From NCBI GenBank assembly GCA_037140515.1, contig JBAXEI010000004.1, positions 8,453 to 72,452 of the forward strand: 64,000 nucleotides of DNA. Reading direction: 5' to 3'. The position numbers were made by a program, and so were the translations under genes. Shown here piece by piece: positions 60,528-64,000 of this stretch. Origin of the DNA: Candidatus Berkelbacteria bacterium (lineage in GTDB: Bacteria > Patescibacteriota > UBA1384 > XYA2-FULL-43-10 > 1-14-0-10-43-13). Positions within the stretch are counted from its first letter, which is position 1, and every line of letters starts with the position of its first letter. A model generated the notes under the pieces. It had not been told where the DNA came from and did no database searches. It saw only the letters and a list, made by a program, of their open reading frames with translations.

Positions 60528-60928
60528 TAGAAGAGTCCTAAACTATATTTAAGTCCGAAGTAAATCAAGGCAACAATTATTAGCGGAAAAAATATCCAAA
60601 ATATTATGTATGCAGACATAAGAACAAAGAATATTGCTATCATGATCAGATAGGTCAGAAGTGTGCCAAGCTTGACACAAAAGCCAACAATAACAGACGC
60701 CAAATTCAGAACCATCGACTCAAACATCGCTTTGATATTGAAGCCAGGTCCATCGTAAGTGACCGTGTCCCGTCGCCAAACAGAAAACAAGGTAGTCAGA
60801 CAAATCTTCACAGAAAAAAAATCATAAAGATATGCAAGCAGATGTTTAAAATAGCTAAAAGTGGCAGTAAGCATTTCGCCATACCACCAACTTATAAACA
60901 TTAGGCTTAAGTCTTTCCCCTCAGTCAT
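60527..60928 (-). CDS. Hypothetical small polytopic membrane protein, coupled to the Clp-like gene
   Basis: The ORF is 133 aa with 3 TM helices. Its stop codon overlaps the start of the Clp-like ATPase gene at 60527. Confidence 0.35.
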   Translation of the reverse strand: MTEGKDLSLMFISWWYGEMLTATFSYFKHLLAYLYDFFSVKICLTTLFSVWRRDTVTYDGPGFNIKAMFESMVLNLASVIVGFCVKLGTLLTYLIMIAIFFVLMSAYIIFWIFFPLIIVALIYFGLKYSLGLF

Positions 60929-60943
60929 AACTTTTTTGCGATA

Positions 60944-61201
60944 TTATTCTTCTTCTGGTTTGTCGTCTTTGTTTGAATCTAGAACAGAAATTGCAGCAAC
61001 CGGGCAGCTTGCAACGGCTTCGTCTATTAGGTCAGCATCTTCTTCCTTGTATGGTGCGATTGCATTGGCAAGGCCGTCTTCAAGCTGAAAATAATCAGGT
61101 GCAACACCCTCACAAGTTCCGCAACCAATGCAAACATTGTGATCAACTACAATTTTCTTAGTGCTTTTCTCTTCATCTTTTTCGCCCATAATACTCCTCA
61201 A
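60944..61201 (-). CDS. 4Fe-4S single-cluster ferredoxin
   Basis: The cluster motif reads CIGCGTCEGVAP, with a distal Cys in SCPVAAI. The protein is 85 aa and acidic. Confidence 0.8.
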   Translation of the reverse strand: MRSIMGEKDEEKSTKKIVVDHNVCIGCGTCEGVAPDYFQLEDGLANAIAPYKEEDADLIDEAVASCPVAAISVLDSNKDDKPEEE

Positions 61202-61254
61202 ATAATTATTTGTTTACGTTCACATTATAATAGAAAGATTGGCCGCTTGCAATC

Positions 61255-61291
61255 AAAAAAATACCTCCGCATTGCTACGAAGGTATTTTTT
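61255..61291 (-). terminator. Hairpin terminator downstream of the RRM gene
   Basis: The stem ATACCT...AGGTAT is flanked by AAAAAAA and TTTTTT. Confidence 0.45.
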
Positions 61292-61306
61292 ATAGTTTCG
61301 AGAATA

Positions 61307-61612
61307 TTATTCTGCGTCTCTATCTTTTTTTGGTCTTGCAAAGTCAACTTTGATTGCGCGGCCAGCAATTTCTTTGCCGTCCATGCCTTCTTTTGCTGCT
61401 GTTGCTTCTTCGACGGTCGCAAATTCGACGAAAGCGAAGCCCTTTGATCGGCCGGTGTCTGGGTATTTAACAACTGATGCAGAAACGACCTCACCAAATG
61501 CTCCGAAAGCAGTTTGAAGGTCCTCATCAGTAGCAGCCCAAGCTAATCCGCCAATAAAAAGTTTTTGATTTGGCTCTGCAGGGGTTTCATCCCTGTCTGT
61601 AACATTGTCCAT
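61307..61612 (-). CDS. RRM-type RNA-binding protein
   Basis: RNP-2 reads KLFIGGL and RNP-1 reads KGFAFVEF. The protein is 101 aa. Confidence 0.8.
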   Translation of the reverse strand: MDNVTDRDETPAEPNQKLFIGGLAWAATDEDLQTAFGAFGEVVSASVVKYPDTGRSKGFAFVEFATVEEATAAKEGMDGKEIAGRAIKVDFARPKKDRDAE

Positions 61613-61805
61613 TGTACTTATTTAGATTTAATTAGTAGTCAAAAACCCTAAATTCACAAATCAGCTGAATTAACGCTAGCACTCTAATCTAAATCTAACC
61701 TCGTTAAACTTCTAATTGATTCAGCTCTCGACCTATAGCTTAATCAAATGATAGAGGAATTTAGAAAAAAAATCCATATACTTTTGGAAATATCATCATT
61801 TATTG

Positions 61806-62420
61806 TTAGAAAAGATGGACAAAAATTTGAGGATATATTTTCACAGACTGATAAATCACATATACCAGTAAAATATTGACAAGTGGATAAAGAAGCAGGT
61901 TTTCAAACCATTTTCCTGTCTTGATTCGCATCTTCTCGAAAGGGTCTGGCGGAATACCAAAGTGGTAGCCAATCGGAAAAAGGATTGGAACGCCAGCCTC
62001 AGTCAAGGAGTCAGCGAATAAATGCGAAAAGTAGCCGATCACAAAGGCGAGAATCGCGTTGTGCATATCGAGAGATGGATAGAAGCCAAAGATTAATTTA
62101 GCTAACAGATAGAAGAGAAAAGTGAATATCGCCATGCCAAGAATTGAATGAGACAAGTGCCTATGGCCGCCGAGAAAAGCAGGGTGAATCAAGCGACCGA
62201 TGAAGGAGCCAGCGGGAATCTTGTGCCAAAGCTCCCCAGTCGGTGTATCGAGATCCGGCGCACTCGCCCCGAGCCATGTAGAGAGAACTAAAGTCAAAAT
62301 CAACGCAGGCGAAAACAGAAGACATGATTCTCCATTTGCGCCACAACGAGCGGACATAATTAGCAAAAAGAATGTCGCTGAGAAAAGCATGCCGGTAGAT
62401 AAATGTGTTTTGTAAGTCAT
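61806..62420 (-). CDS. DUF457/YdjM-like membrane-bound metal-dependent hydrolase
   Basis: The N-terminus reads MTYKTHLSTGMLFSATFF. Several conserved His residues lie in TM segments. The protein is 204 aa. Confidence 0.45.
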   Translation of the reverse strand: MTYKTHLSTGMLFSATFFLLIMSARCGANGESCLLFSPALILTLVLSTWLGASAPDLDTPTGELWHKIPAGSFIGRLIHPAFLGGHRHLSHSILGMAIFTFLFYLLAKLIFGFYPSLDMHNAILAFVIGYFSHLFADSLTEAGVPILFPIGYHFGIPPDPFEKMRIKTGKWFENLLLYPLVNILLVYVIYQSVKIYPQIFVHLF

Positions 62421-62451
62421 AGAGCTAATTATACCCGAAAAATATTTATCT

Positions 62452-62492
62452 GCATAAAAAAAGGAAGCCGACTGTCACTGTCAAGCTTCCTT
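62452..62492 (-). terminator. Rho-independent terminator overlapping the 3' end of the 62481-63059 gene
   Basis: A perfect 8 bp stem (AAGGAAGC...GCTTCCTT) is followed by a T-run on the minus strand. Confidence 0.55.
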
Positions 62493-63059
62493 ACGGAATG
62501 TTTTGATAAGATAATCCATCTTATCTGGAGTTGAAATTTTATCCCAAAATTGTCGGATAAAATCATAAGCCCAAGCATTTGCTTCGATATTCGCTAAGCG
62601 AATAATCTCAGCGTTATGAGCACGCATCAACTTCTCGTTGAAACTATCAACCGGTGTAATAACACGTCTTTTCACGACGTTTCGCTCGCCTTCAAGCTGA
62701 AGCAAGTTGCACCAGTGATGAGCGGTGATAAATGCTATAAACAGCGGATGCGAGATATCGCTCATCGAACAACCAAAATGATTTTGCGCAAACGAATTGT
62801 ATGCGACTAAAGACGAATCATGTTTTTTCTCGATTGCCCAATCACTATCTCTGGCAAGCAGAGTGATGACTGGCCTGTAATCATGAATTGGATCACCAAA
62901 CGACTTGTTTGGCTCAGCTGAAATTTTGCAAGCGCCAATTTCAACTTTCAAAGCACTGATCTTCGCAAAAGGATGTTCATCCTGAAGCAAAAGAAGTGTT
63001 CTAGCGACTACTGGCGTTTGACCGCCAGCATGCAGGTAAAGCGAAGAAATGTTTGTCAT
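62481..63059 (-). CDS. Hypothetical protein (192 aa)
   Basis: No family was recognised. The protein is His/Cys/Trp-rich and sits two ORFs downstream of nrdG. Confidence 0.35.
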   Translation of the reverse strand: MTNISSLYLHAGGQTPVVARTLLLLQDEHPFAKISALKVEIGACKISAEPNKSFGDPIHDYRPVITLLARDSDWAIEKKHDSSLVAYNSFAQNHFGCSMSDISHPLFIAFITAHHWCNLLQLEGERNVVKRRVITPVDSFNEKLMRAHNAEIIRLANIEANAWAYDFIRQFWDKISTPDKMDYLIKTFRKEA

Positions 63060-63150
63060 ATTCTTCTCCTCCGTTTTGTAGCGGTATCAACTATGAATAA
63101 CACAAAACAGCGCAAATAGATAGTCTCTGCGCTGTTTTTACAAAATGTTT

Positions 63151-63242
63151 TGTCATTCTCGCGAAGGCGGGAATCTATATAATGACTTGGATCCCCAGGC
63201 ATCACTCTCAGAGCCACATTGCGGATCCTGAGGATGACAAAA
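63151..63242. repeat. Intergenic nested-hairpin repeat, copy D
   Basis: The sequence is TGTCATTCTCGCGAAGGCGGGAATCTATATAATGACTTGGATCCCCAGG, ending GAGGATGACAA. The module CGGGAATCTATATA is shared with copy A. The terminal inverted repeats are TTGTCATTCTC and GAGGATGACAA. Confidence 0.7.
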
Positions 63243-63263
63243 AGATTTGTCGCCAAAAAGTTC

Positions 63264-63983
63264 TTATCTTATACCGACTTCTCCGACGTAACCCTCCATG
63301 ATCTTCTTGGCTTCGAGCAGATCATCTTTCGAAAGTGGCAAATATTCTTTAGTTGAGTTTACATGTTTGGACTGGACAAAATTTTGTAGAAAATAGCGTT
63401 TGGCCCCTTTGATCATCTTCCCTAGCTCTTCGAAATCCGCAACTTCATGTATCGGCTTGCAAACAGTCGTTCGAAATTCGTAATCAATCCCCGACTCCAT
63501 CACTAGCTTGATGGATTTTTTAACGTCGGCGATTTTGATCTTCGTCCCTGCGGCGGTAGCATATTTATCTGGCGAAGCTTTGATATCCATCGCGATATAG
63601 TCCACATCGCCGTCTTTGATGATCTTCTCAAGCATGTCTGGGTAAGAACCATTTGTATCCAATTTAACATCAAAACTTAGTGCTTTTAGATGAGAAATGA
63701 ATGTGTCGATGTCTGGCTGCATCAGAGGCTCGCCACCCGTGATACAAATCCCCGTCAGCTTGCCATAGCGAGTTTCTAGAAAATCAAAAACTTGTTGCTC
63801 GTCAAGAAGTGCGCTGTATTTCTCTGGCAAGACCAGCTCTGGATTGTGGCAAAAAGGACAACGAAAGGAGCAGCCACGAGTAAAAATGGTCGCGGCCACA
63901 TGACCAGGGAAATCGACTAAAGTAATTTTTTGAATTCCGGCTATCTGCATATTTTCCTTATAAAAATCAAAGGGGCCTCCCAT
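63264..63983 (-). CDS. nrdG: Anaerobic ribonucleoside-triphosphate reductase activating protein (radical SAM)
   Basis: The radical-SAM motif reads VDFPGHVAATIFTRGCSFRCPFCHNPEL, which gives the CxxxCxxC cluster, and a glycine-rich SAM motif reads ITGGEP. nrdD is expected beyond the window edge. Confidence 0.75.
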   Translation of the reverse strand: MGGPFDFYKENMQIAGIQKITLVDFPGHVAATIFTRGCSFRCPFCHNPELVLPEKYSALLDEQQVFDFLETRYGKLTGICITGGEPLMQPDIDTFISHLKALSFDVKLDTNGSYPDMLEKIIKDGDVDYIAMDIKASPDKYATAAGTKIKIADVKKSIKLVMESGIDYEFRTTVCKPIHEVADFEELGKMIKGAKRYFLQNFVQSKHVNSTKEYLPLSKDDLLEAKKIMEGYVGEVGIR

Positions 63984-64000
63984 TTGTACTCGAGAGGCCC

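Overview
This 64 kb window is a gene-dense chromosomal segment, mostly coding on the minus strand, with moderate GC content. It carries housekeeping and envelope genes, five tRNAs and one family of intergenic palindromic repeats.

Confidently recognised genes:
- Glycolysis: eno, gpmI.
- Recombination: ruvA, ruvB and ruvC, which are dispersed rather than clustered.
- tRNA modification: queA, queH, tilS, tsaB, tsaE.
- Chaperones: grpE, dnaK and a short J-domain protein.
- Translation and quality control: lepA and ftsH.
- DNA repair and nucleotide metabolism: nfo and nrdG.
- Cell envelope: murJ, an LCP ligase, an M23 peptidase, an L,D-transpeptidase, a CAP-domain protein, a lamin-tail-domain protein and a roughly 920 aa surface protein.
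- Other: yebC and a ComEC homologue split into two coupled ORFs.
- tRNAs: Asp(GTC), Lys(TTT) and three CAT-anticodon tRNAs (elongator Met, initiator fMet, Ile2).

The overall gene complement suggests a small-genome Gram-positive-like, Patescibacteria/CPR-type bacterium. The evidence is the truncated TsaB, lamin-tail and Ig-like secreted proteins, many membrane-anchored hypotheticals, LCP, MurJ and the CAT tRNA set. This is inference only.

Most interesting observations:
1. A roughly 1000 aa protein with TPYEPT/PYEPG tandem repeats, a glycine-zipper hydrophobic segment and a C-terminal GT-A (GT2-like) domain. It is translationally coupled to a small acidic protein and convergent with a GT2-TPR fusion.
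2. An 8 kb minus-strand sugar-metabolism cluster: an APH-fold kinase, an MPGP-like HAD phosphatase, a tandem GT81-like (GpgS-like) synthase, two GT4, one GT-B and a GalT-like uridylyltransferase. It resembles glucosyl/mannosyl-glycerate-type compatible-solute biosynthesis fused to a sugar-activation route.
3. A membrane-anchored Hsp100/Clp ATPase with degenerate D1 Walker motifs, coupled to a small membrane protein.
4. A mosaic family of nested-hairpin intergenic repeats (at least 5 copies) sharing the module TGTCATTC..GGGAATC.
5. tRNA-proximal repeat remnants and an initiator tRNA with a U1-U72 mismatch.

No CRISPR array, rRNA or clear prophage was seen.
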